Shown here piece after piece: positions 1-15,473 of a stretch of DNA of 64,000 bases; position 1 is the first letter of the stretch, and the number at the start of each line of letters is the position of its first letter. The translations under genes and the position numbers were made by a program. Source of the DNA: Octopus vulgaris (taxonomy: Eukaryota); assembly GCA_951406725.2 (NCBI GenBank), contig OX597824.1, positions 39,866,001 through 39,930,000 on the forward strand, in the 5' to 3' direction. The notes beneath the pieces were generated by a model that did not search any database, had not been told where the DNA came from, and saw only the letters and a program-made list of their open reading frames with translations.

Positions 1-331
1 TTTAAGTAAGGTCACTTGATTGGTATTAGAATAATGGAGATGTTTTGGCTGAGTCACAGAATTTAGTAAAGGGATTGGTATTTGAAGAAAATATTATTAC
101 GAGGGAAGAGGGTGAGCAAATATTTTTGGTCAAAGGGGAGAAAAATGTGTGTATGAATAAAGCAAGGTAGAGTGAGGGATTTATGTACGATTATTTAACT
201 GGTGGCATTGAAAAAAGTATATATATAAAGTTAATCCAAACATTAAAAACACAAAGAGAAAACACAACAACGCGAGGACGTGGAACAAGTATAGTGTTAC
301 TGGACGCTCAGGAAAGGAAAGAAAGAAGGAG

Positions 332-370
332 GATTTAACGTTTCGAGCGGAGCTCTTCGTCAGAAACATA
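332..370 (-). ncRNA. Minimal hammerhead-ribozyme-like motif (Penelope pLTR remnant)
   Basis: Minus strand reads tttCTGACGAa-GAGC-tcc-GCTC-GAAACGTTaaa: core boxes, stem II hairpin and palindromic stem III. Confidence 0.45.
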
Positions 371-624
371 GAAAAAGGAAAGGTCCAAGTAAGGGAAGAC
401 GGAGGAAGAAAATCGCCAACGATACACACGTGGTCACATTTTGAATGACCGGAAGGGAATGGGGGAAGAATAAGTTCTTTCAAAGACAGGAGTGTGCAAG
501 AGAAGGAGGTATGTGTGTGTGTGTGTATGTGTGGATATATGCGTGCGCGCAGGTCTGCGTGTGTGTGTGTGTGCATGTGTGTGTGTGAGTAATGATAGCA
601 CGTGTGTCTGTGTATGTATATATA

Positions 625-1001
625 CACTTGCGTCAGAAATTAATTAGCACTTCTCAAATTTCTGCATTAAATAGGTTAAATCAATTAACCTATGAGCTGT
701 TCAAAACGTCTTACGCGATGAGAAAACTTAGTATGGTGTGATTTCGGTACTTGCGAGGCGCTACCTATACCTATTAAACAAAGGAAGATTTGTCTGCATC
801 CGCACTCCAAGTTGTTGCACTGCTATGTCAACATCATAAGGCTGTAGACTCTCAAACTGCTCTGCAAACAAAGTTACGTCATCGTTCTGCGCAACAGTGA
901 ACTCGCAACAAAGCAATAGTTCGAGATATGGCCACTAGGTGACAGCACATACCTTGAGTGAAGAGCAAATCAAGGGTGCTAATTAATTTCTGACGGTAGT
1001 G
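625..1001. mobile_element. Tc1/mariner-type MITE
   Basis: ~26-bp terminal inverted repeats (CACTTGCGTCAGAAATTAATTAGCAC / GTGCTAATTAATTTCTGACGGTAGTG), flanked by TA. Confidence 0.8.
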
Positions 1002-1668
1002 TATATATATATAAATAAATGGAGGGGAAAGGGAGGGGATATGTTATTGGTCAAGGGGGAAGTAAGGAAGAGAAGTGAAGAATTGTTGTGGCTACTATAA
1101 GTTTTGTCAATAGAGGAATGTATTATAGTGTGCAGTCAGCGTGTTTACAATATGAAGTGGAGGAGGTGTATTTACTTGTACGTTTACGGAGTGAGAGTGT
1201 AGGAGGGGAGGCAATGAAAAAATAAATAATAAAGAAAGAAAAATAGGGAATTTTTTTTTCAAATGGTGAGAAAAAATACGGAGAGAAGTGTGTAATTGAC
1301 AATAAAGGAATTAAATGGGAGAAGTGTCATTGGTTTAATATATAGAGAGAGTAGGCGCCGGGATACACCTCGCTTGGAATTTTACCACTTCCATAGTTCC
1401 GCCTGCTATGAAACATATGTAACCCGGATCTTACCTATTCCATTCTGTAACTCTTGTATTCTTATTCACAAACCTGGTAACTCTGGCCGCCTACCGTTGG
1501 ATATAAAAAGAACTTTTTTCAGCTTATCGTACTTCGATACGAAGAAAATCCACAACCTTCCGACTCAATAAACCACTGTTGTCTCTGAAAGCTATCTTTT
1601 TTGTTTACTACGAATTGCTTGAAGCTAACTTTCTCCCTACACCTCGATGCCTGGGTCTTACATATACA

Positions 1669-3536
<1,868 letters not shown>

Positions 3537-3649
3537 GATCTTGGTATCATAGGAAAACTCGGAGAATGGCTCTTAGACTTCCTATGGGATAGGAATCAAT
3601 CTGTTGCTGCCAAATGTTATCTCTCAGTAATGTCACCCGTAATGACTCA

Positions 3650-3717
<68 letters not shown>

Positions 3718-3720
<3 letters not shown>

Positions 3721-3956
3721 CGCCATGTTGATTCGCTAGCCTCTGCACGCATTTTTTTTCTCTCCTTCTTTCTGTGTTTCTTCTCTGTGTATCTTTCTGT
3801 TGAAGAGCGTAGGCTCGAAACGTAAAAGACTTGTTTTATTTATATTCCTGAGCGCCATACTAATACAATTGTTTGTTTGTATTCCACCTGCCTTCGTCAG
3901 TTGTTTATTTCCGTAAACCTGCCTTCGTCTTTTGTTTATTTTCATAAAGCTTCCCG

Positions 3957-3960
<4 letters not shown>
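3718..3960 (+). mobile_element. Penelope pLTR-like repeat with variant hammerhead motif (second copy at 7640-7850, partial inverted copy at ~26480-26555)
   Basis: TCTTT-CTGTTGAa-GAGC-gtag-GCTC-GAAACGTA-AAAGA at 3792-3829; near-identical copy at 7640-7850. Confidence 0.55.
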
Positions 3961-4021
<61 letters not shown>

Positions 4022-4026
4022 CATAA

Positions 4027-4545
4027 ATGGAAAACATACTAAACAAATATTGCATAAAAAACAGTAGACGACAAGACAAAAACCTAAAGAAACATCTAAC
4101 AAGAGCGAAATTCTCATCAGAAACTAAAACTGAATTCTTTGTAAAAGAGTGCGGAGATGGTAGATGTGGGATCTGCAGCAACCCCACCTACAAATACATA
4201 GAGGGAGACAAAGAAATGAAATTCAAAAGTGGTCACATGTTTAAAATAAATGCAGATATGAACTGCAAGGCGCAGAACGTAATATACTGCATAACCTGCC
4301 CCACGTGCAAGGAGGATTACATAGGTGAAACTGGAAATTCTTTGTGCCAACGAGCCAGGATTCGCCGACAACATGTCCGACAGGAAGAACTGCGCAAGAT
4401 ACCACTGAGTAAACACCTAGATACATGTGGAGAAGGAAAATTTAAGATCTTTCCCTTCTACAAATGTCCAAAGAACGACACCTCCTTCAGGAGGAATATG
4501 GAAAAATATTTCATAACTAAGTTCTATCTCAAATTGAATGGCTGA
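4027..4545 (+). mobile_element. Penelope-like retroelement C-terminal GIY-YIG endonuclease fragment
   Basis: CGDGRCGIC Cys motif, NVIYCITCPTC..YIGET, R..H, H...C and E.YFI motifs typical of the PLE endonuclease; RT absent (5' truncated). Confidence 0.9.
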
Positions 4546-4605
4546 AAATAGCTCTATAATAAGCTGTACCAGATGAAGGACCAACTTTGTTAAGTAAACT
4601 GTATT

Positions 4606-5000
4606 GGGATGGGGAAGCACTCCGTCGGTTACGACGATAAGGGTTCCGGTTGATCCGAATCAACGGAACAGCCTGCTCGTGAAATTAACGTGTAAGTGGC
4701 TGAGCACTCCACAGACACGTGCACCCTTAACGTAGTTCTCGGGGATATTCAGCGTGACACAGAGAGTGACAAGGCCGCCCCCCTTGAAATACAGGTACAA
4801 CAGAAACAGGAAGTAAGAGTGAGAGAAAGTTGTGGTGAAAGAGTACAGCAGGGATCACCACCAACCCCTGCCGGAGCCTCGTGGAGCTCTTAGGTGTTTT
4901 CGCTCAATAAACACTCACAACGCCCGGTCTGGGAATCGAAACCGCGATCCTACGACCGCGAGTCCGCTGCCCTAACCACTGGGCCATTGGGCCTCCACAC
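4606..5000 (-). mobile_element. Full-length tRNA-derived SINE (family C)
   Basis: Head with A box TGGCCCAGTGG and B box GGTTTCGATTCC; 10-bp TSD AAACTGTATT (4596-4605, 5001-5010); 3' portion recurs at ~26315-26420 and ~37830-38026. Confidence 0.85.
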
Positions 5001-5815
5001 AAACTGTATTAAACACACACACACACAGAGTTCTACACATATGTTTTGGTTTTTGAAAATACAACATTGAACAAAGGATATTCTAATATTTGAATGAAAC
5101 CATTTCACTTTATTTTGTGGAACCAGTTGCTCCTGTATGATAAAACTTAATATTTATTTAACTGCCAATCAGTGAGATATTACACTCAATCAACTGAAGG
5201 TCAGACAACAGACTCAGTAGTTGTCAGTTTGTATTCTGTCATTTGTAACTTCAACACAAGAAAGTCTCTTTTTCAAGTATGGACTTTATGAAATTTTACT
5301 CATCATACATTGAAGGATAAATCTTTCAATTTACAACATAGTGGAGCATTTAGTATATATATAGTGGTATAAATATCAACACAATTATTTCTTCTTCCTA
5401 TTTTTTCTTCTCCTTTCTTCCCTTCTTCAAACTCACAGACACCCACCCACGCACACACACACACACACACACACCTCCACAAAACAATAATAAAAAGAAT
5501 TCTTCTTCTCTAAACCCAAAAACCATTTGACCATCCCTCATTAAACACACACACACACGCACTCTCTCACAATGATAAAAAGGAAATATAATTTATGGTC
5601 TACCTTCTTATGTCCCTCCCCACCACTACACACTCAATGACATTATGAAATGGTCAAAACTGAAATTCTTTTCACCCAAGATCTTAGACCCCCTTGGAGT
5701 AAGTATCCTGTCCAGCAGAACAAAAAAACTTTTTTCTTCTTCTTCCCTCTCCCTTCCCCTCTTTTTCTTTAACACCCCTTCCAAATACAAACACACACAC
5801 ACATACACACACATG

Positions 5816-5847
<32 letters not shown>

Positions 5848-6081
5848 TTCTCTTTGTACTCTCTTATATCCCTCCCGACCACTACAAACTCAATAACACT
5901 ATAAAATGGTCAAAACTTTTCACACAGGAACTTAGTTCGATTTGAAAACCCCACTAGAATGGGAGAAAGCGCTAATACATGATCTAAGTTATATGATGTA
6001 TAAAACCATGTAATATACAAATAAATGTCTGTAAATATAAAACCATCCGAATTTCTGAGTACCTCATTTCTTCTAATACAC

Positions 6082-6134
<53 letters not shown>

Positions 6135-6185
6135 TATATATGTACATACACACATATATATATACATATACATATATATCCATAT

Positions 6186-6219
<34 letters not shown>

Positions 6220-6311
6220 AAAACATATGCATATATACATACATATATGTACGTACCTGCCTCTACATGTATATATACATGCATATATGGGTACAGGACA
6301 TACAAAACAAG

Positions 6312-6359
<48 letters not shown>

Positions 6360-7105
6360 CATGTGCCTATGTGTACATAAATGTAAAGATAATAATTATA
6401 GATATTTTAGTATGTAAACAGACAGAGAGATGGGCAGATAGATAGAAACATTAATGCATACATACATGCATACATAGTCAAACATACACAGACGTCTATG
6501 TCCGAACACGCATACATATACACACACACAAATAACGAACAAATTCACGAACATTAAAAAAAACACTAATACTCATATGTACGCACACACACACACACGT
6601 ACACACTACATACACACACACAGATACCCATACATTTATTTGTGTACATAACGTGAGTGTATGTAGTCACACCGTTCAGACAGCTACCAACACATATGCA
6701 GGCACTAACACGGAAATATAAACAAACACACAAATTCTATAGGCTTTAATCGAGATAGAAACTAGTTTGATATGATGTTTTATTGTTGATAGCTAAGTAG
6801 GTTGTTAGAAGAGAGACACTAAGAGCAATTTACGCGTCTTCTTTTCAGACTGAGGATTAAAGATAACGACAACATCTTTTGTTCTATTGGTCTATTCTGA
6901 GAATTTTTACTTTCTAGGTCTTCCTTAGATAATTCTGCTTCGATGGTTCCTTGGATTTAATCTGTGTCATTATTGCAAGGCTTTTTTGTTATGCTGTTAT
7001 CTATATTCTTTTTCATTGCACTTCTTATGTAGAGTACACCGATGTTTATAAATCTATACAGTGTGTACTTTTTCTTCAGTGTATGCATTATACACACATA
7101 CACAG

Positions 7106-7158
<53 letters not shown>

Positions 7159-7554
7159 TAATAATATATAAATATATGCATATATATATATATATAAAAT
7201 ATTGATAATATATAAATATATGCATATATATATATATATACACACCTATATGTACATACCTACGTATATATGTATATATACATGCACATATGGGTACAGG
7301 ACATCAGAAAAACGTTGAAGTCAATGAGAAACGAAAACATAAAAATAAAAAGATAGAAACGAACTTTTTTTTCAAACAACAAAAAAAAACAGAGAAACGA
7401 GACAAACAACACAAGGAATATTCCCCTTCTTCAGTTATCCCTGTTTCATCTACTCCTCGTTTCGAAACATATACATATACGTACATATATATATATATAT
7501 ATCCATACATGTATAAACATATATACATATATATTTATATATATATATATACAT

Positions 7555-7641
<87 letters not shown>

Positions 7642-7848
7642 GCCATGTTGAATCGCTAGCTTCTGCACGCATTTTTTTCTCTCCTTGTTTCTCTCCGTGT
7701 TTCTTTTCTGTGTATCTTTCTGTTGAAGAGCGTAGGCTCGAAACGTAAAAGACTTGTTTTATTTATATTCCTGAGCGCCATACTAATACAATTGTTTGTT
7801 TGTACTCCACCTGCCTTCGTCTTTTGTTTATTTTCATAAAGCTTCCCG

Positions 7849-7904
<56 letters not shown>

Positions 7905-8026
7905 CAAAGTTGAGTTATATACAGTGGGGTATCGCACGAGTGGGATTATATAAGAAAAAAGGTTTGAAAATGCAATTTAAACGATTTGCAAAGGGAAGTC
8001 ATCCTTCCCGTCTTCAACTTATGATA

Positions 8027-8071
8027 CACACGGACTCGAGTTTCGAGGTATTGACCTCTCGTCAGCGTGTG
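8027..8071 (-). ncRNA. Type I hammerhead ribozyme
   Basis: Exact reverse complement of the 8381-8425 ribozyme. Confidence 0.88.
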
Positions 8072-8380
8072 ACAATCATAGTTGAAGACGGGAAGGATGA
8101 CTTCCCTTTGCAAATACTGACAGGACACAGATAGTGTGTCTATGGCCAGCTGGAGGAGTGCGTCCTCCTGGGGCTAAAAACTACAGTAGCATCCACCCTT
8201 AGGGGTTAGCCATATTGAAATGGCAAAAATACGTCACGATGTGTTACCGCTACTGTATATAACTCACTTTGATATTTATTATTGTTTGATTTCACTTTTT
8301 CAATATCAGCGACAGTGGACGCTGGAAAAAGTATAAGTATTTGTGAAGGAAATCTAATTCTCGGCGACAACTATGATTGT

Positions 8381-8425
8381 CACACGCTGACGAGAGGTCA
8401 ATACCTCGAAACTCGAGTCCGTGTG
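8381..8425 (+). ncRNA. Type I hammerhead ribozyme
   Basis: CACACG-CTGACGA-GAGGT-caat-ACCTC-GAAAC-tcga-GTC^CGTGTG: intact core, 6-bp stem I (extendable by TATGAT/ATCATA), 5-bp stem II, palindromic stem III, GUC cleavage triplet at 8417-8419. Confidence 0.9.
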
Positions 8426-8561
8426 TATCATAATTTGAAGACGGGAAGGATGACTTCCCTTTGCAAATACTGACAGGACACAGATAGTGTGTCTATGGCC
8501 AGCTGGAGGAGTGCGTCCTCCTGGGGCTAAAAACTACAGTAGCATCCACCCTTAGGGGTTA

Positions 8562-8599
<38 letters not shown>

Positions 8600-9083
8600 A
8601 ACACAAACACACACATTTATATGTATTGGTTGTTTTGTTGGTTGATTTGCCAAGTCACGCTTTACATAATATATAGAGAGAAATATACATACTATAGAAA
8701 GAACGCAGGATGACTGCGCATATTGTGCTTGGTTGCAAGCAATGAGTAAATAGACGATACGTGCCCGCGCACACGCACATACACACTCAGTGAGGGAGAA
8801 AAGAGAAGGAAGTATATATGGCCCGTTGGTGATTTCTTCCCCTTCTTTGAACTTTTCCCTTTCTCCTTTCACCGAGCGTCAAGCTTATATACTTGTCCAC
8901 TTCCTCACTTACCTTGTTTTTCTTCTCTTTGTCTTTCTTTTCTCTCTTTTTCTTTTCATTTTTTATTCGTTTATTTGAATTGCTTCTTTATTTGACTTGA
9001 CTATATATATATATATGTGCGCACACACATAAACACACGTACACACTACATACACGCACATACTACATACACATATGCGAAGG

Positions 9084-9221
9084 AGAAGAAGAAGAAGAAG
9101 AAGAAGAAGAAGAAGAAGAAGAAGAAGAAGAAGAAGAAGAAGAAGAAGAAGAAGAAGAAGAAGAAGAAGAAGAAGAAGAAGAAGAAGAAGAAGAAGAAGA
9201 AGAAGAAGAAGAAGAAGAAGA
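9084..9221. repeat. (GAA)n microsatellite
   Basis: Direct reading. Confidence 0.95.
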
Positions 9222-9239
9222 ATAGGGGCATTATACAAC

Positions 9240-9625
9240 TAGAAAACTATCATAAAGTTATAACCATTGGATCACACCCCAGAAAATCTCTCAGAAAATG
9301 ACAAAACAGCCATACTCTGGGAAATACCAATACACACAGATAAAGAAACTAAGGCTAATAGGCTGGATATAGTTTTCATAGATCACCAAGAAACAATGCC
9401 TTCTAATCGATATATCAATCCCAACAGATGACAATGTATCGCTAAAACAGAGAAACTCTCAAAATAACAAAATCCGAAAATAGAGATGAGGCGAATGTGA
9501 AACCTAAAAACAGAAATAACCCCTATAATAATAGGTGCATTAGGTATGATTAAAAAATATTCAAACAAATGCACAACCAAAACACCAGGACTAACAAATG
9601 TATATAACATGCAGAAAATAGCCCT
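9240..9625 (+). mobile_element. R4/Dong-like non-LTR retrotransposon, restriction-like endonuclease remnant
   Basis: Frameshifted translation ~IPIHTDKETKANRLDIV...LLIDISIP...EKLSK...ITPIIIGALGMIKK (RPD..D..K type RLE C-terminus). Confidence 0.7.
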
Positions 9626-10154
9626 GAAATCTGATAGTTGTGGCTCTGGACCGATGAACCCAACGAGATAATCAGATACACCGTTATTCCAAAGCACAGT
9701 AGCACAAGCTGGAATGCAGTACGCCTGAGCGGTTTGATAATACAGTTGATCAAATACTGGAAATAAGTCCCACTCTGGCCACATCAGAATATATTAGAAA
9801 ACATTACAAGGTTAGTGCATGCCCTTCTTGGGAGCAGATGAGGGCGCCGGTGGCATAAAAATGATACAATTATGGTAGAAAATGAAAATGGGTTGACTAT
9901 TTGGGCTATCCAGATTTATGTAAACAAGGCAGTAGCGGTGAACCAACTGGATATAAAAGGCAAGGGATCCAAAAAAAGTAACATCTTAGTTCTGGCTCAG
10001 AAGCGCAAGGCTCAAAGTTAAGATTTTTACTGCAGCACAGAATCTATCAAAACCATGTAATGAAGAATAATGCAAAAACTAACTTTAAAATATGTGAAGG
10101 CTGTGACAAAATAATCAGTCGCATTACTTAGACTTAATGAAATAAAAAAATAAA

Positions 10155-10620
10155 TGCGCCCTTTTAAAGCCTAGCCAGACTCATGATCCCGGTTACCCGG
10201 TTTCAATGGCGTATGTGTTCCCCAGCTGGACGGGACGCCAGTCCATCGCAGCGTTGCTCATTTTTGCCAGCTGAGTGGACCGGAGCAACGTGAACGCGTC
10301 GCCCGGTTCAGGAATCGAAACCACAATCTTACGATCATGCTGCTGACACCCGAACCATTAAGCAATGCGGCTCCACAAATAAATGCGTTCTTTTAAAGCC
10401 TAGCCAGGCTCATGGGCCCGGTTTCCCGGTTTCAATGCCGTATGTGTTCCCCAGCTGGACGGGACGCCAGTCCATCGCAGCGTGCCAGCCGAGTGGACTG
10501 GAACAACGTGTAATGAAGTGTTTTGCTCAAGAACACAACGCGTCGCCCGGTCCAGGAATCGCAACCACAATCTTACGATCATGATGCTGACACCCTAACC
10601 ACTAAGCCACGCGTCTCCAC
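10155..10620 (-). mobile_element. Two tandem tRNA-derived SINE copies
   Basis: Heads GTGGCTTAGTGG...GGTTGCGATTCC; shared GCGATGGACTGGCGTCCCGTCCAG domain; repeated unit of ~230 bp. Confidence 0.8.
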
Positions 10621-10899
10621 AGTACTTAGACTTAGGCAACAAGAAATATACACTGACTAACGAAAAGTTTTTAACCCCATTGTTGGTTTTTACATGTTTC
10701 CCAATTAGTTATATTTTCTCAACTTTGCAGGTACATGCTTGAATTTGTTCTTTGGGAGTTAATTGTAACTTTATTTTGAAAAGATATTTAGCTGGAAAGA
10801 AAGTTTTGTTGCATTTCAAAATGAGACGGAAATAAATGTTTCTTTGATTTTCTAATAATTTAATCAAGATAATATTTACCCTCATCGATAGCATAATCC

Positions 10900-11870
10900 C
10901 ATCTATTTAGTAAATCGTTGACCTCCTCGGGTGTAAAACTCGTCAGATTTCAAAGCAAAGAAACTCGATATCATTTTTAATCTCTTCACAATTAATAAAC
11001 TGCTTTCCCTCTAAATTATGTTGCAATCATCTGAAAAGATGATAGTTAAATCAATCAAAACCAGAAAAATAACTGTAGGAGGCAAAAAACTTCCATACTT
11101 AATGCCATAATATTTTCTTGTGTGATTTGGGTAATGAATGGTCTTACTTCATCGTGTAAGAATAACACCACTTTCCGACTGACTAATGATGAGAGCTTTC
11201 TCCGCAAATTTTTGTGCAATGCATCCAAGTGACAACAATACTTCTCTGTATTAACTGCTTTATTTTGGTTTCGTGATAGATGGCTCCCATCATAACCCAC
11301 TAAACAAAGAACAGAACCTTATCGAGTGTACTCTTGGTTTGCGGATATTTGTTTTTCTTTTTCTTTAGATGCTAGCCATTGCTATTTCCGCTGGATGTCA
11401 TTATAAAGAATCCACTTTTCATCAACGTGATGATTCTGTCCAGGAAGGGTTTGGTAGCAAGTCTATTCTTCAATGATGAGCTGAGAGCAACTCTTTAATT
11501 AAGCTGAGAAGCAATCAAATGATGAGGGACCCATTAATTAGGTTTAGACACTTCATGAAAGTATTTTATGATCGAGCTGTGACTTGAACAAATTTGCTAA
11601 CTGTCGTGCAGTTTACTTAGGATTTCCTTCAGTTACGATTTTCAGACGTGAATATCAACAGAACCTACATCATCCTCGAGGTGAATTGCGAGAGAATCAT
11701 TTCTCGAGCGAAACTGGTCAAACCAACATTAGCGTCCCCGGGCGCTTAATATTTCATTTTCATACACATAAGAATATTTCTGGCTGCTTCCATTACCGAA
11801 GAGCCTTTTACGAATTCATACGGTCTGACCTAAATTCTTTTAAAAAAGTAAAATCTATACGAATTTAACC
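10900..11870 (-). mobile_element. Decayed mariner transposase
   Basis: Minus-strand LDRIIT.DEKWILYN, YCCHLDALHKNLRRK..LVSRKVVLFLHD..RP and YHLFR motifs with frameshifts and stops. Confidence 0.8.
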
Positions 11871-12782
11871 TCTATGGTATGAAGCAATCTGCAAAGAAGA
11901 TCAAACGCTCTAGAATGTAAAAGTTAACGCTTATTTTAACAAAAGTATCTAAAAGATTCCTTCAAAGTGATCACGTTAAAAAATGCGACAGGTCTTTCTT
12001 TCCCACCTAATACGACAATGAAAACTATTGAGTAAAATAGACATCTATGAATATACACGCTGGTAAGTCATCATTTTGTATCAATGTGGAAAGTCCAGCT
12101 GAAAAATAGTTCTGTTTTTCAGTTTTAATCATCAAACAATATACCGCATAGTTTATACTTCAATAGATTGAAGTGAGACGCCACATAAGTTTCTGAAAAG
12201 GCAAATAGGGCAGTTAAAACGGAAACTATTAAACATCGACATGAAATTGTTAGAGAGGTTGCAAATTCTATGGAAATGTTGCCATATTACCCATGAAGAG
12301 TATTGAAAGATCTTGCATAGAGGTCTTTAATAAAGAAGTTGGCAAGAAGTCAATGATTTCAAAAGCTAAAAAAGACACAAAAGTTTCAACCGGACTAAAG
12401 AATTCTGCAAGAGAAGACGAGTTTTCATCGACAAAAATATAATCTGATGAAGGCAAGTTCTGCTAATTTTACATTTCAGTGAGTGGCACAACAAAATTGA
12501 AATATAAAATCCGGGTTGTTTAAACGTAATGGTTAAATATGGAGAATTTAGAACTGTTGTGTTAGAAGCTGTTTGGGGATAGCAAGGATTTCAGAGTTTA
12601 TTTTTGTTGAAAATTGTTTAAAAGACCCAGAAATACTACCAAACACTTCAAAAGGATTTACTACTCTTCAATTCCAATATAGGAATCTGCAAGAAGATCA
12701 GCCATTTTCTCACTGTTGTGTGTGTGTGTATGTGTGCATGCGCGTGTGTGTGTGTGTGTGTTGTGTGTTGTGTGTGTGTGTG

Positions 12783-12856
<74 letters not shown>

Positions 12857-13276
12857 GCTGTATTCAAATGTCATACACACAAGCTTAGAAAAGGATTCGC
12901 AGAATCGAATCTCTGAAATGATTATTCAGTAGAACATAAATAGGAACATCTTGACAGATAAATGCAAGACCCCCAACAATTACACCAATTACAAAACTGA
13001 AAGAATCGCTGACCGAATGGACAGGCATAGATCAGTCTGTCTTTAACAATTTAAACAAATTCTTGCCTAATCGGGTGGAGGCCATAATATTTGCTAAGAA
13101 TGAAATGTGCAAAATACAAAGACAAACTAGCATTATTTTGACGAATTTTCAAAGTTATATCAGTTAAATTTAACGTTGCGTTTTATTTGCTTGACTGCAG
13201 AGCAATAATAGATGGTTTCTTTGTGTGTGTGTGCATGCGCGTGCGCGTGTGTGTGTATGTGTGTGTGTGTGTTAAA

Positions 13277-13467
13277 GTAGAAAAGGAGAGGCTAACAATT
13301 TGGTCAAGACGTGATAAAGACATTTAATTTAATTTAGCTATGCAACTGTTTCTGGGATATCCCAGAAACAGCTGTCAGAGATTATCTCTACCTTTCATTA
13401 TACTGCCAAATTAAATTAAATGTCCTTACTAAGTCTTGCCAAATTGTTTACCTCTCCTTTTCTACTC
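13277..13467. repeat. Imperfect foldback with central perfect palindrome CTGTTTCTGGGATATCCCAGAAACAG
   Basis: AGTAGAAAAGGAGAGG... versus ...CCTCTCCTTTTCTACT. Confidence 0.75.
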
Positions 13468-13640
13468 TAACCTATACATACAGACTCAAGAGGAAGCCAC
13501 TTGTTGCCACTTTGGATAAGGCAGTCACAAAACCACAACTTCAACTGTCATTAAAATCGGAATTTTAGTGGCATACATATTGGAACAATCAGAATGCATA
13601 CCTATTAGTTTGAGTCACCCTGGCGAAAACCTCCTCGTTT

Positions 13641-13692
<52 letters not shown>

Positions 13693-13935
13693 TATATATA
13701 AAAGGAAATGAAGAAAATGCTGACAAAATAATTTAAGTAATTTAAGTAATTTAATTAGGTGAAAGTTCTTTTTACCGGTTGCGTATTTGTTATGCTTATC
13801 AAAAGATATTTTTTAAAGAGAGATAGAGTTCCTTTCTGATAGATTCTTCCTCTTATCTGATTTTTTCCTCTTATATATATATATATATAAATGGGTTTGT
13901 ATGATTGTGTATAGAGGAATATATATTATTCAAAG

Positions 13936-14264
13936 AAATTCCAACTCTGTTTTTTTATGTTTTATTTATTTTCTTTATAATATTAATGTAGAATATAGAA
14001 TATATAGTATAAATAATATATATATAGTATATATATATATATAGTAAAATGAAACACTCCTGTCACAATCTGGGACCTTGAAGACTGCTATAATGCAAGA
14101 AACTGTACTAGTCCCTTAATATTTTATATTCAATATTTCATCTATTCAATAAGACAATCAATATACTTCATTTCATTTTACTAGATATATATATTATTTA
14201 TACTATATATTCTATATTCTATATTAATATCATAAAGAATATAAATAAAACAGAGTTGGAATTT
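13936..14264. repeat. AT-rich inverted repeat (~110-bp arms)
   Basis: AAATTCCAACTCTGTTTT... versus ...AAAACAGAGTTGGAATTT. Confidence 0.75.
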
Positions 14265-14266
14265 AA

Positions 14267-14304
<38 letters not shown>

Positions 14305-15108
14305 CATGACAGAAGTAAATGTATACCCCATAAAATATCGTTTTATGTTTATTTTAACTTGAAAAGTTTATGTTTTTTGCTAATTGACGTTTTTTATGTT
14401 TTAGGTTCTATGTGACTGTTTAATCATGCCACTTTCAAAACAAGCCTTGGAACTGTTCGAATTTCAAAGAGGCCGTATTGTGGGTCAATCTGAAGGCTTT
14501 AATGTTGAGCAACATTAAATCATAAATTTAAATCATAAATTCAAATGTATGTAGATTCCATGAGCGATCCTAATAGGCACAAGACCTGAAATGCTTAAGG
14601 CGAGGTTTAGCCGATTGTATCGATCCCAGTACTTAACTGAGGCTTATTTTATTGTTTCCCGAAAATGGGAAAGGCTAATTCGATCTCGACGGAATTTGAA
14701 CTCAGAACGTAAAGCCAGAAGAAACACAGATAAGCATTTTGTCAGTTGTGCTAACAATTCTGCCATCGCGCCGTCTAATATAAGCTATTCATAGATCGAT
14801 TCTTTCAAGGTATTTTAATCGATAGTCGAGATGACTAAATGAATGAGTTGATGAATGAGTGGATAAAGGATGATAGATTAAATTTAATGAATCACGGAAT
14901 GAATAAATGAACGGACAATCCCGATAAACTCTTCTTTCCTGTCACAGCTTCACTGTGTAACGAGATCACATTTGTCTAATAAATTCTAACCTAAAACAAA
15001 CGATGTTTACAAAACGACTTCCCTTTGGAGAATTATGGCTTAAGAAATCTTTTCTGCATTTTCTAATGATCCATTCATAAAGACACACACATAAGCACAC
15101 TCACATAT

Positions 15109-15142
<34 letters not shown>

Positions 15143-15265
15143 ATTCAAACACACACACATACACACAGGTTCACACTCACACACAAAAACACATTTATAC
15201 ACGCACAAACATTCACATGCACGGCTACCAATTCAAAGACATTCATATACATATATATATATATT

Positions 15266-15307
<42 letters not shown>

Positions 15308-15442
15308 AAGAGAGAGAGAGAGAAAGAGAGACATAAAGATATATATGCATACATACATACATACATACATATATGCATGCATGCATACATACATATATAT
15401 ATGCATGCATATATACATACATGCATGCATGCATATGTACAT

Positions 15443-15473
<31 letters not shown>

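Larger units (their letters stand above)
7900..8568. mobile_element. Hammerhead-containing repeat, 353-bp period plus an inverted segment (retrozyme / Penelope pLTR-like)
   Basis: 8083-8215 equals 8436-8568; 7985-8020 is inverted to 8081-8114; embedded between (TA)n tracts. Confidence 0.7.

Noticed and set aside
12240-12460. Purine-rich stretch resembling a coding exon
   Set aside because: Short, stop-interrupted, no recognisable homology or convincing splice sites
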